Source: Eledone cirrhosa
Taxonomy: Eukaryota
Assembly: GCA_964016885.1 (NCBI GenBank)
Contig: OZ024741.1
Span: 94,054,001 to 94,118,000 of the forward strand
Reading direction: 5' to 3'
DNA: 64,000 nucleotides
How positions within the stretch are numbered: the stretch's first letter is position 1; every line of letters starts with the position of its first letter. Positions 42,944-53,933 of the stretch are shown here, in pieces. The position numbers and the translations under genes were made by a program. The notes beneath the pieces were generated by a model. It was not told where the DNA came from, ran no database searches, and saw only the letters and a list, made by a program, of their open reading frames with translations.

Positions 42944-42982
42944 GAACTAAACCGTCTCTCCTCTGGTTGTAGCTTTAAAAGA
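42944..42982 (-). promoter_or_regulatory. Possible core promoter of the VWA gene
   Basis: TATA-like TTTTAAAG lies ~30 nt upstream of an initiator-like TTAGTT, itself ~30 nt upstream of the ATG. Weak motifs in AT-rich DNA. Confidence 0.3.
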
Positions 42983-43126
42983 TAATATTTAACTACAGAT
43001 GCCAAATTTCCCATATTTCTTAGGTTGTTGATCATATCTACACACACATACATATATACACATACATACATACATACACAATATAATTTATATATGTGTG
43101 TACGTATGTATGTGTGTAGATATGAT

Positions 43127-43183
<57 letters not shown>

Positions 43184-43286
43184 ACACACATACATATATA
43201 TACACACACATATATGCATACATACACATATATACATACACACACACATACACATATGTACATACATACATACACACACATGTACA

Positions 43287-43317
<31 letters not shown>

Positions 43318-44669
43318 GCATATATATACTACAAACCTTCGCATACATTCATAATCACACTCACCCTCATTCACAATTTCATGTAGATAGGTAACTACTC
43401 TTTCTTAAATCTTTATCATTGTTTTTATTAATTTCTGTTTTCTCAGCTCTTTTTCACTCATTTTCACATATTCTTCTTTTCCTTCCCCCTTTCTAACCCT
43501 CATTTCCTGTACCCCCCCCTCTTACAATGTACTTCCTCGTTGTACTCTCTTTTTCTCATCGTCTTATTTACTTATTTTTCGTGTCCTCATTATTTCTCTG
43601 TCTACAATTCCTTTCTCTTTCTCATACTTTCTGCTATTTGGCTACTCTGCTCTTTTATTTTCTATTTGCCACCTCTCCTTGTCATCTTTTAGACTTCTTT
43701 CTTTCCTTCTTTCACAGCCTTTCTCTTATCATAGAGGTACGCAATCATTTATTTCCACCTCTCCTTAATCGTATATGATATCCAGTTATAGATATCAAGT
43801 CAGCATGTTATCAGGATGTCGCTTGGAAAACGCTAAATCGCCACCTTTTAGACGAGCGTGGTAAGCTAATCAACACAATTGTTATGTACGAATACATTTA
43901 AAACTATTTCAAAATATAATTTTTTTATGATTCCTTTTCTTGACAGTCAATTTGCATGCCAGAAAATATTCTAGGACGTTTAATATTTAGTCATTGTTTA
44001 TTCATTTATGTATCTAAATCGTCCGCGTAAGGCCGGTAAGCCAGGGTAGACAAAGAAAGGTATCTAATGCCCCTTATATATGTAAGCAATAAAAAGCAAG
44101 AGATAGAGAGAGAGAGAGAGAGGGAGGGAGGGAGAAAGGATGAGATAGATGGGGGGGGGGGGCAAAACAGAGGAAATAGAAGGCGGGGAAAAGGCCAGAT
44201 AAAGAATAACTAAATGTTTCTGTTAAATCTTTTTGAAGCTTGCATGAATTGGAAGATCTTATGCGTGGCTGGTGGATCCTTGGAAATAAATTGCGCCTTC
44301 AATCTTGGTAGTCTTTTAAAGAGCAGTTTAAGTTAATAACCAAAGTTTGATATTGAAAAGTAAGGAAAATGTAAACCAATAAAATCTAATAAGATAAATT
44401 TCGGTAATATACAATACAGCATACCTTAGCATTGAGTGTATTGTTAATAAATGGACATAGTATGGCTGAATGATTAAGAAGCTCACTTCACAATCAGAAA
44501 GTCCTTAGACCGATCAGACTGCATAGCTTTTTGACTGACATTAGGGAGGGGCGAACTGTATGGAAAGCAGTCGGATGGATTGTACATGCATATCAATGGT
44601 CCAATCTTGTCACATATTGTGTCACACTAGCTCGGTTTGGCAATTTTGTTAAGAGAACTAGTATCTGCT

Positions 44670-45210
44670 GAATATTCAGCCAGTTCAGCGCTATGGTTGT
44701 GAGTAGGGAGGTAGCCCTAGGGCCAAGGATACCAGATGTCTCCACTGCTAGGGGATCGACTGCAAACCTGTCGGAGAGCGACTGATACTTGGAGAGTTTA
44801 CCCTCCTCAGCCTGAAGTGCAGCAGAGCCTGGGTTAGTCGCAGACTGCACCAGGTTGCCGCTGGAGATTATGTCGCTGCATGTGGCATCCCAGACAAGGG
44901 GATTTCCACCACGAAACGGGAAGATGGTCATGCTGTCTGGCCTTTTGCCGTCCTCTCAGTCCAGCCCCACCGACTCGAGCTGGGAGGGGAAGCTTGCAGC
45001 ATCCAAGACATGCTTTATAAAGTCGTTGAGAACAGCATGGCGTGGAAGGCGGCCGGCACTGTAGCAACAGAAAAGTGTGTGGAGGCCGAAAGAATCTACG
45101 GTGGATCCTCAGCGACTTATGTGTGGCTCGCAGTGCCGGAGGCCGATCCCCAGGAAAATCCCCATGCGCAGGCTATCATTGTCCTTCTGCGTGCCAGTAG
45201 AAATCTTTTG
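44670..45210 (-). mobile_element. CRE-clade element 3' fragment
   Basis: Encodes LRMGIFLGIGL, RHAVLNDFIK, GKRPDSMTIFPF..LVWDATCSD and PLAVETSG. Confidence 0.75.
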
Positions 45211-45220
45211 ATACCTTAAC

Positions 45221-45263
<43 letters not shown>

Positions 45264-45487
45264 CACTATAGGCTATGTTAACATCTTGAAGTAAGTGTAT
45301 TTCCTTAAATATTAATTGTTCTATATATATGTACAAAATGGTAAGTTCTCAATTGATATGTTGCTACCTAATTTTCAAATTCACTAGCCGTTTATAAACA
45401 AAGCCTGCTTTGTGTCTCCATATTTATATACTTATATATACCTGCTATTGTTATAGAGCTTCTAATTGAATGGAAGGACGTATGGGT

Positions 45488-45558
45488 GGCCTGTTGGTGT
45501 AATGGTTGCACATTGGTCCGGCAAACCAAAGATGTAGGTTCGTGTCCCATGTACGTCA
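45488..45558 (+). pseudogene. tRNA-like cloverleaf (GGC at anticodon position), probably repeat-derived
   Basis: D stem GTGT/GCAC, anticodon stem TTGGT/ACCAA, T loop TTCGTGT, oligo-T just downstream. U33 and A58 are absent, and the acceptor and T stems have mismatches. Confidence 0.55.
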
Positions 45559-46008
45559 TTACTCATCCCTTTTTTTCCATTCAGAGGGTTTCTTAAAATC
45601 CCAACCAACAGACTAGTTCTATTTAGTCAAATACGGCGTAAGCACATATTACTACCTAATCTTCAAATTCGCTAGCTGTTTATAAACAAAGCCTGCTTTG
45701 TGTCTCCCTATATATATATATATATAAATAAAATATAGAGTTAATAACTCATATAGATACCCTGCAATTTATATAACATTTGTGGTGTAATCTACCCTCG
45801 TAATTTTAGACACGGGTTTACTGTGTTTACTTCTACACATATTAATATAGATATATATATATATATATGTGTATATGTGTGTGTGTGTGTGTTGAAATAG
45901 AAACGTCGACGTAACATTGACTACATAATATTGTCTAATAATAGGGCACTGAACGGAAAAAGATGGGTATCAGCAACCTCCTTCCCTAAATATATATATA
46001 TATATATG

Positions 46009-46474
46009 TATAGTATATTTGGCAATATGTTTAATTAAAAACATTTAGAAGACCATACGTTATCAGTTTTAAAGTAGTGACTATGTCACTTACTTATTTT
46101 CGGCGAAAGAAGGGAGAGCGGCTGACAGTCTGTTTCACGCTGGCTGGCGTTCATCAGAGCCACGCACTCCCCTGCTTCCGCTGAAAATTATAGAAGCTGG
46201 ATTCTTATAGAATTCCAGTAATAATCAGGAGCTGATTATACAGAGCGGTTGTCGGTCCAGCAAAAATTAAGAATGATGAACGCCAACCAGCGTGAAACAG
46301 ACTGTCAGCCTCTCTCCCTTCTTTCCCCGAAAAGAAGTAGGTGACATAGTCACTACTTTAAAACTGATAGGGTATGGTCTTCTAAATGTTTTAAATTAAA
46401 CATACGGTATATTGCCAAATATACTATACAATAATTCATGTACACATCGCTATTTCAGAGCACCAATCCTAATT
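46009..46474. repeat. Fold-back element, ~150-bp arms (46009-46156 / 46274-46428)
   Basis: Arms are reverse complements; the spacer is the inverse of 29925-30020; (TA)n lies on both sides. Confidence 0.85.
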
Positions 46475-46635
46475 TATATATATATATATAACATAGAAAA
46501 CAATCAAATTTTTGTTATCTGATATTTTACATTGAACTAATTTTCTTACTGATAATTGGGTAAACACAAAACATTACCCTTATCTTATTTATAATTGTAT
46601 ATAGATTATATATACAAGTATAAATATTATTATTA

Positions 46636-46776
46636 TTGGCAGTATCGGTAGAGAGTTGGACACCATGCTTTCCAGCATAGAGTTACGCCGCTTAGCTTTT
46701 TCTTTCATCCTTACGGGGTCTATAAAATAAAGCACCAGTAATGTACAAAATTGCTGGCCATGTGCCAATAATAGAA

Positions 46777-46780
<4 letters not shown>
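46636..46780 (+). mobile_element. SINE family A, internally deleted, with (ATT)n tail
   Basis: Family consensus, followed by (ATT)n to 46851. Confidence 0.85.
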
Positions 46781-46852
<72 letters not shown>

Positions 46853-46853
<1 letters not shown>

Positions 46854-47046
46854 GGCGGTGGATTAGCAGTCCGGTAGAGGGTCGGACGCCATGCTTTGAC
46901 GCAAAGAGTTACGGCCCTTTCCATTCTGAGTTCAAATCCCGCCGAAGTTAACTTTGCCTTTCATCCTTACCGGGTCGATAAAATAAAGTACCAGTTATAC
47001 ACTATGTAATTGCTGGCCTTGTGCCAAAAGTAGAAACAATTATTAT
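46853..47046 (+). mobile_element. SINE family A
   Basis: Full consensus; starts in the (ATT)n tail of the previous copy. Confidence 0.92.
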
Positions 47047-47712
47047 TGTTCAGTGCCCGAGCATTGCTGACTTGTGGAGCTATGTCGAACAGTTGCTGTC
47101 GCGTGTAGGACTGATCCGGTTATCGACTGAGTCCATTGTGCAGATGGTCTCGCCGTCTTCCCTCGAGGAGGAAGGGCAGGCGGTTTTCATCTGCCTGGTG
47201 GCCATGGCGAAAGAGATTGTGTGGTGGACAAGGTTGAAAGGGTTAAAGACAGACACTTTCCTCTTCGGCGAATCCCTAATTAACTTTTTCAAGTTTCACT
47301 TGAAGAGGAAAATCAGGGTGGAGAGGCAAGTGCTGCCTTCTAGCAAGTTTGTTGAAAGGTGGGTGAATATAGCGAGAATGGTCCGAGTGAACGGGACCGC
47401 TATGAATATACGCCTGTAGTTTGAGAAATAGAAAAATTGAGAGAGGGCGCTTGCCCTGGTGGTCAGGGTGGCCGTGGTCTTCTATGTGGTTTTCGCCACG
47501 AGTAACCCTCGGTTTCCCCTCTATTGGGGAATTTTTCGTTGTTTCAATTTTCATTTTTATTGTATATATATATATATATGTTTCTATGTCTTTTTCTTTT
47601 TCTTTTCTTATATAAATAATAAAAATCTTTACACGCACAAAACCCACATCGTACCGTCCTGTACCGTCTTGTAATGTTTTTCTTGATGTCAGCCCTGTGT
47701 CGAATAAAGAAA

Positions 47713-47714
<2 letters not shown>
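47047..47714 (+). mobile_element. 5'-truncated Tx1 LINE (ORF2 end plus 3' UTR)
   Basis: VQCPSIADLW...MNIRL* is homologous to 53256-53627; ends AATAAAGAAATC then (ATT)n. Confidence 0.9.
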
Positions 47715-47774
<60 letters not shown>

Positions 47775-48153
47775 GGCGACCTACGTAGGAAATCGTATTA
47801 TCGTGAGCTCCGCAAAGGTTTGTTATTTCTGTTTGTTTAAAAATTGTCATTTATGGAAAATTTTATTGTAAACTGTTTATAAGCACACATACATTGTTTT
47901 CCGAAAAGGACACCCAAAAAGATTGGGGCCTTGTGCCCAAAATTTTAACTTTTATTATTATCCAAAAATTTCTTTGAAAAAAAATTGCTAATTCCCCTGT
48001 GCACGAAGCAGCTGAAAGCCTTCCTCACAAAATAACACCTCACACCGACACCACCATTGTAAATGTTACTACGTTTGCCAACACAAAAAAAATATAAGCA
48101 GTAGCAATATTTTAAATTTGTCTCAGGCAGACATTCATTTCCCGCCATTACCA

Positions 48154-50170
48154 ATGACTGCAGGTGTTAAACCCTCCACCACCTCCACCACCGCGACAAC
48201 CACCACCACCACCACCACCACCGCGACAACAGAAACAAAAGAAGAAAAAAATAAATTAACTCGTGACGTCGAAATGAAATCAAGCAAAATGGACTCTTCC
48301 CCACCAAAGACGACTGACGTCACCACCACCACAACTGAAAATAAAATTAATATTAACGATAGCAACAACAACAACAATGACATTATAAAACCGACCCTCA
48401 GTTTCGCCATCGTAGCAAAACAATTCGAAGCGTTCACGGTAACTCAAGAAGATTTAGAAAATGCCAAACAAATGGTAAAGAAAGATGGGTACAGGGTCAG
48501 CCTCACCCCCCCACCTAATAAAATGGAGCATCGGCGCCTGTGCACCGTGTCGTATAGAACAATAAATGTAAAATCGCGCCGAGTGGAACGGGCATCCGAG
48601 TCCCAAATCCAAAAAGCTTTGGGACATGTGTGGGCAAGAAAAACCCACATCAGACGTGGGCAAAAGTATGGAACCGTGGATGTGTTCTTTGAAACACCAG
48701 AGGAGGCTAGAGAACACTTCATGGCCCCATTAAAAAGTGACGACCTCACACTCGTCCCAAGCTATTGTGGCCAGAGACTCGTAAAGATCAGGGTGACCCA
48801 CGTTCCACCGGCCATCGAAATTCCCTGGCTAATAACGGCTGTCCTCGCCGGCATCGAAGCCAACACGAAAATAATAGCAGTAGCAAAAGAAAAGCAGGAA
48901 AACTGGTCCGGATCTGGGATGGAGCTCCTGATCCAAGCGGACCAAAAAAGCATTGAGGAGATCCCAGAGGTAATAGACCTCACTGACGGCAGCCACCTCA
49001 CGGTAATTGTCGAGGGCAGAAGACCTAGGTGTGTCGTTTGTGGTGAAGGAACCCACCTAAGGGGTTTCTGCCCTCAGGCTAAAAGGTTGAGGCCACCTCT
49101 CCTACCCACCCCAGTGACACAACCATCAACACCACCAGTAGCAGAGATGGCAGCAACAACTGTAGCAGCAACAACAGAAGCAACTATAACAGCAACAACC
49201 CCAGCAACAGTAGCAAAACCAACACCACTACCACCACCAGCAAAACCAACACCACCACCACCCAACGCTTCAGAACTAGCACCAGCGCCTACACCATCCA
49301 CCACACCACAACCAAAACTAACGGCTGTGGAGGATTTTCCACTCCCCGGCCTATCACAACTGGAGACAGATTGTGACGACGAGGAGTGGGAAACGATATC
49401 CGGAAAAAAAAAAAAGAAACCAAAAAAGAAAAAATTCTCTTCCTTCCCCCTCCAAAAACAAAATACAGAGGGAAACAAATAAACTAAGAAACAAAAAAGT
49501 TAGGACAGATATGCCACCATCCACACCAGCATCACTAACCCCATCAACTCAAACACCAACACCATCACCATCATTAACTCCAGCACCACCATCACCTACA
49601 CCACAAAAGTCACCAAAATGCGAAACAGAAACAAACCCACAACAAACGCAAACAAAACAAAACAACCAAAACGATACACACTACACAGCATTAAATTTGA
49701 ACAACAATTGGTGGATTGGTAGTATCGCTAGAGGGTCGGACGCCATGCTTTCTAGCATAGTTACGTCCCTTTACGATCTGAGTTCAAATCCCGCCGAGGT
49801 TGACTTTGCCTTTCATCCTTACGGGGTCGATAAAATAAAGTACCAGTGAGGCACTGGGTAGTTGCTGACCTTGTGCCTAAAGTAGAAACAATTAAATTTA
49901 AACAACAAGCTATTTTTACACTACATCCAACACAACACCAGCATCACAGAAAAAGACTACACAACAACCCCAAAATTCACACCACCTCCACACATACAAA
50001 TCACTCGCATCACACAGAAAACGTACATGACACTAAAACAAAAATTCCCCAAAGACATCGGAGACTTCCGACAAGCACTCTCCAGGAGGATTTATAAGGA
50101 CATCCTTCCTGAGGAGGCCACAAGCAGTGAAAAGGATGGAAAAGCCGTCCTTCCCCTACGAGAAGTAAGG
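48154..50170 (+). pseudogene. Tx1 ORF1 (CVVCGEGTHLRGFC zinc knuckle), frameshifted and SINE-interrupted
   Basis: ORF 48118-49482 continues in another frame after the poly-A run near 49404; SINE inserted at 49709; 3' end approximate. Confidence 0.8.
49709..49890 (+). mobile_element. SINE family A nested in Tx1 ORF1, 18-bp TSD
   Basis: TSD attaaatttRaacaacaa at 49690-49707 and 49891-49908. Confidence 0.92.
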
Positions 50171-50207
50171 TAAGTGGTCTTTCCCATCTTTTCCACTCCT
50201 TTTCAAC

Positions 50208-53200
50208 ATGACCTCACTCAGAATAGGCAGCATAAATGCGCGTGGCTTGGGGTCGTCATGGAAGCAGGGCCACCTGCTCAACGACCTCAGGTCACTAAAC
50301 ATAGATGTAGTGGCCATCAGCGAGACCAGAATCTCCGAAGCACAGGCTTTCGCACCGATCTTCGGCGGCTACGATGTGTACGCATCTCCCAGCCGTCCGG
50401 GATCGGGGGGAGGAGTTGCTGTGCTTTTTCGGAGAGGTTTGGATCTTGCCATACGGGCCATCTTCCTGGACCCAGAAGGTAAGTTGGTGGTGCTGGACGT
50501 GACCAGCGGAGACGGGCAAGCTTTCAGGTTAGTGGCCGTCTATGCCCCGACAGGAGCAGGGCGGCCTGATTTCTTCCGGCGTCTGGAGACCTTTCTTGGA
50601 ACGTCCCGCTCTTTAGTGTTAGTGGGCGACTGGAACGGGATCTTAGATGCACGCTGGGATTGTGTGGGATTAGTGGATAGGGAAGGAGGGTGCAAGAGTC
50701 TCACCAACCTGCTCAGACGTTTTGAACTGTCTGACAGGTACCGAATGGATTTCCCGAATGTACCAATGTGGACTTGGACAAATCGCATAGGGTCATCCAG
50801 ATCATATCTAGATAGAGTATTTTGTAGGGAAATAGATAGGTCTAGCATAGGCTGTCCACAATTCAAGATAGTCAGCTACACGGACCACAAATTCGTGATC
50901 TGTGTGCTTGACTTAGATAGGCTTCATAGACGAGGACCCGGCTACTGGAAGTTAAACGCGCCCTTACCAGCGCGCAAGGCCTACAGAGACCGGATTAGCG
51001 AACTAGTTAAGCGGGCGTTGACGGGGGCCATCGTCAACAACAAGTGGTGGTTTGCTCTGAAAAGAGCAATTAGAATAGAGTCCATTAGGTTTAGTAAGAC
51101 TTAAGCAATAGAGAAAAATAGAGCAGAGGGAGAATTAGTTAGAAAATTAGATGAGACGCTTAGCAAAGGCATCGCGACCGACGTACTTGCGGCGAAATTG
51201 GCCCTTGACCAATTCTTCAATGCAAAGCACGAAGGCTGCGTTGTCAGAGCTAGGGTGCGTGCTCTCAGACACGAGGGCGCGAAAGCCGTTCAATGGGCCC
51301 GAGTGGCGGAGGCACGTCGTGGCAACAAAGCCACGATCCGGTCTTTGGTGGACCACGACGGGCGCATGCTACTCGATCCCGGGCAAATGTGTGAAGCTTT
51401 TCAGCGACACTTCGCTCAACTGTTCGGGGGCAGTGGCGGGCCGGATCGAGGGATGGACTTTAGTGTCTACCTTGACGGACTGCCGCGGCTTTCGGCCACT
51501 GAGGCGGAGTGTTGCGAAAAGCCGATAACAGCCGCTGAAGTACGGGAGGCAATGACTGGCTGCACAAGAGGTAAATCGCCTGGTTTGGATGGTCTGCCCT
51601 ATGAACTTTACGTACAGATGCCAGACTTGTTCGGAGGCCTCTTGGCGGACGTCTACTGCAACTGGCAACAGAACGGGAGAATTCCCAGCTCTGTGAGCCG
51701 AGGAGCGGTGGCGCTGCTGAGAAAGGATCCGAACAAGGGGGATAACATAGATAATTTTAGGCCCATAACTCTGCTAAACACAGAGTTCAAGATTTTGGCC
51801 AAGGTGCTAGCAAAGAGGTTGGCGCTTGTCGTTGGTGGTCTGGAGGGAGAGGCACAGACATGCGCCATTCCCGACAGATCCATCCACGACAACCTCCACC
51901 TCATGCGATACATCGTAGAGAGGGTAGCTAGGGAACCTGGCACGGGTGGGTCTTTGATCAATTTAGATCAGTCGAAAGCCTTCGATAGGGTCGACCATCG
52001 TTACCTAACGGCAGTCCTGAGGGCGGCTGGCTTTGGGCCCGTCTTCAGAGGCTGGATCGCTGCCATGCACAGCGACATCTGCTCTGTAGTGAGAGTGAAC
52101 GGTCACCTTTCGAAACCGTTCAACATCATGCGCTCGGTCCGCCAAGGATGTCCCCTCTCGTCCCTATTGTACGTATTGACTCTCGAGCCATTACTGCACA
52201 AACTGGAGACGTTGAGGGGGGTCCCGCGCGAACTAGGATGCGGAAGATCCGTGTCAGCATATGCCGACGATGTCACCGTAGTGGTGTCGAACGCCAAACA
52301 CATCGAGGCGATCGGCACTACACTAAGAGAATACGAAGCGGTGACAGGTGCAATGATCAACCAGCAAAAGTCAGTGGGCCTGCAGCTCGGCACCTGGAGA
52401 GGCAGGTCCATGCCGTCCAACAGCGTCGTCGGGCGCTGGACGGACGGACCGGTTAAATTGCTAGGGGTCTGGTTCGGTCCAGACCTCCAGACGGACAAAA
52501 ACTGGGACGAGGTGACGAGCAGGGTGGCTTCTCTCACCCAGAAATGGGCCGAGAGGAAGCTATCCCTGAAAGGTCGAGCGGAGGTGGCGAATGCGTACAT
52601 CGCATCCGTCATCTACTACCGCCTGACCGTCGTACCTTGTCCTAAGCCCCGCCTGACTGCGCTGGAGCGTTTGCTCTTTCGCTTCTTGTGGAAGGGACGC
52701 GCTCCGATGGTCAGGCGGTCCATCTGCTGTCAACACCCGCTACGTGGAGGGCTGGGCATGCCGTGGCTGACGATGCGCAGACACGCGCTCAGGCTACGAC
52801 ATTTCGACCTCTTCCTCGACGGTGATCAGGTGTGGTCGCCGTTTGCAAGACACGTTTTTCCCCAGCTCGTCTCCTTGACGGAGCTGCAGTCCTGGGTCAA
52901 GCGAAGACCGAGAGGGAGCGCTTGGAGACTGGAATGTCTTCAGGCGCTCACAGCCCTCGACCAATCGGGCAATGTGATCGGTGGAAACTCCACCTTGGCG
53001 TTCTATAGGGGATTAGTGGAGGGGAAGAGCGACGACGTACTTGGAGAAACTCTAGGCGTCGACGAAAATCAACTAGCCAATCTCTTCGGAAGGACTTTCG
53101 GGCCGGGGCCTATGGACAACTTCCAGAAATCCCTGGCCTGGAGGTGCTACCGAGGAGCTTTGCCAGTTCGGGATAAACTCTACAGGCATGGAGGTGCCGT

Positions 53201-53627
53201 CAGCCGGGCATGTCCGAGATGCGCGCAGGGCGACGAAACCGTCCTGCACGCACTCGTCCAGTGTCCGAGCATTGCTGACTTGTGCGTTTATGTCGAACAC
53301 CTGCTGTCACGTGTAGGACGGATCCAGCTATCAGCTGAGTCCATCGTGAGGATTGCCCCGCCCCCTTCCTTTAGCCTGGAAGGGCAGGCAGTTTTTATCT
53401 GTCTGGTGGCCATGGCGAGAGAGATAGTATGGTGGACACGTTTGAAAGGGCTGAAGACAAGCACTTACCTCTTCGGTGATGCCCTGATTAACTTTTTCAA
53501 ATTTCATTTGAAAAGGAAAATCAGGGTAGAGAGGGAAGTGCTCTCTTCCCAGCATTTTGTTGAAAGATGGGTGAGAGAAGCAAGTATGGCCCGAATGAAT
53601 GGGCCTTCTCTGAGTATGTGTCTGTAA
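50208..53627 (+). CDS. Tx1 ORF2 (APE endonuclease, RT, C-terminal zinc finger), one in-frame TAA at 51102
   Basis: ORFs 50208-51104 and 51198-53627 share a frame and are open between them. Motifs: SINARGL, ISETR, VGDWN, SYLDR, TDHK, SPGLDG, QGCPLS, AYADD, CPRC..H..C. Confidence 0.92.
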
Positions 53628-53870
53628 ATTAAAGGTGGAAAACTGGGAGAGGGCACTTGCCCTGGTGGTCAGGGCCACTGTGGTCTTTTAATGGGCTTTC
53701 TCCACAAATGTCCCTTGGAAGTCTCCCCCCTATTGGGGAATTTTTTCTTTGTTATTTTATTTCAACCTCTGTTTTTTTACACGCAGAAATGCCCATTTGT
53801 ACCGTCCTGTATTGTCCTGTACTGTCCTTAATGTCTACTTTATGTGAACCCTTGTGGTTAATAAAGAAAA

Positions 53871-53932
<62 letters not shown>

Positions 53933-53933
<1 letters not shown>

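Larger units (their letters stand above)
47776..53871 (+). mobile_element. Full-length, young Tx1-clade LINE flanked by (ATT)n
   Basis: 5' UTR, ORF1, ORF2, and a 3' UTR ending AATAAAGAAAAC; (ATT)n at 47715-47775 and 53872-53932. Confidence 0.95.

Noticed and set aside
45488-45558. Functional tRNA-Ala gene
   Set aside because: Lacks U33 and A58, has stem mismatches and no G3:U70 pair, and is embedded in a repeat.
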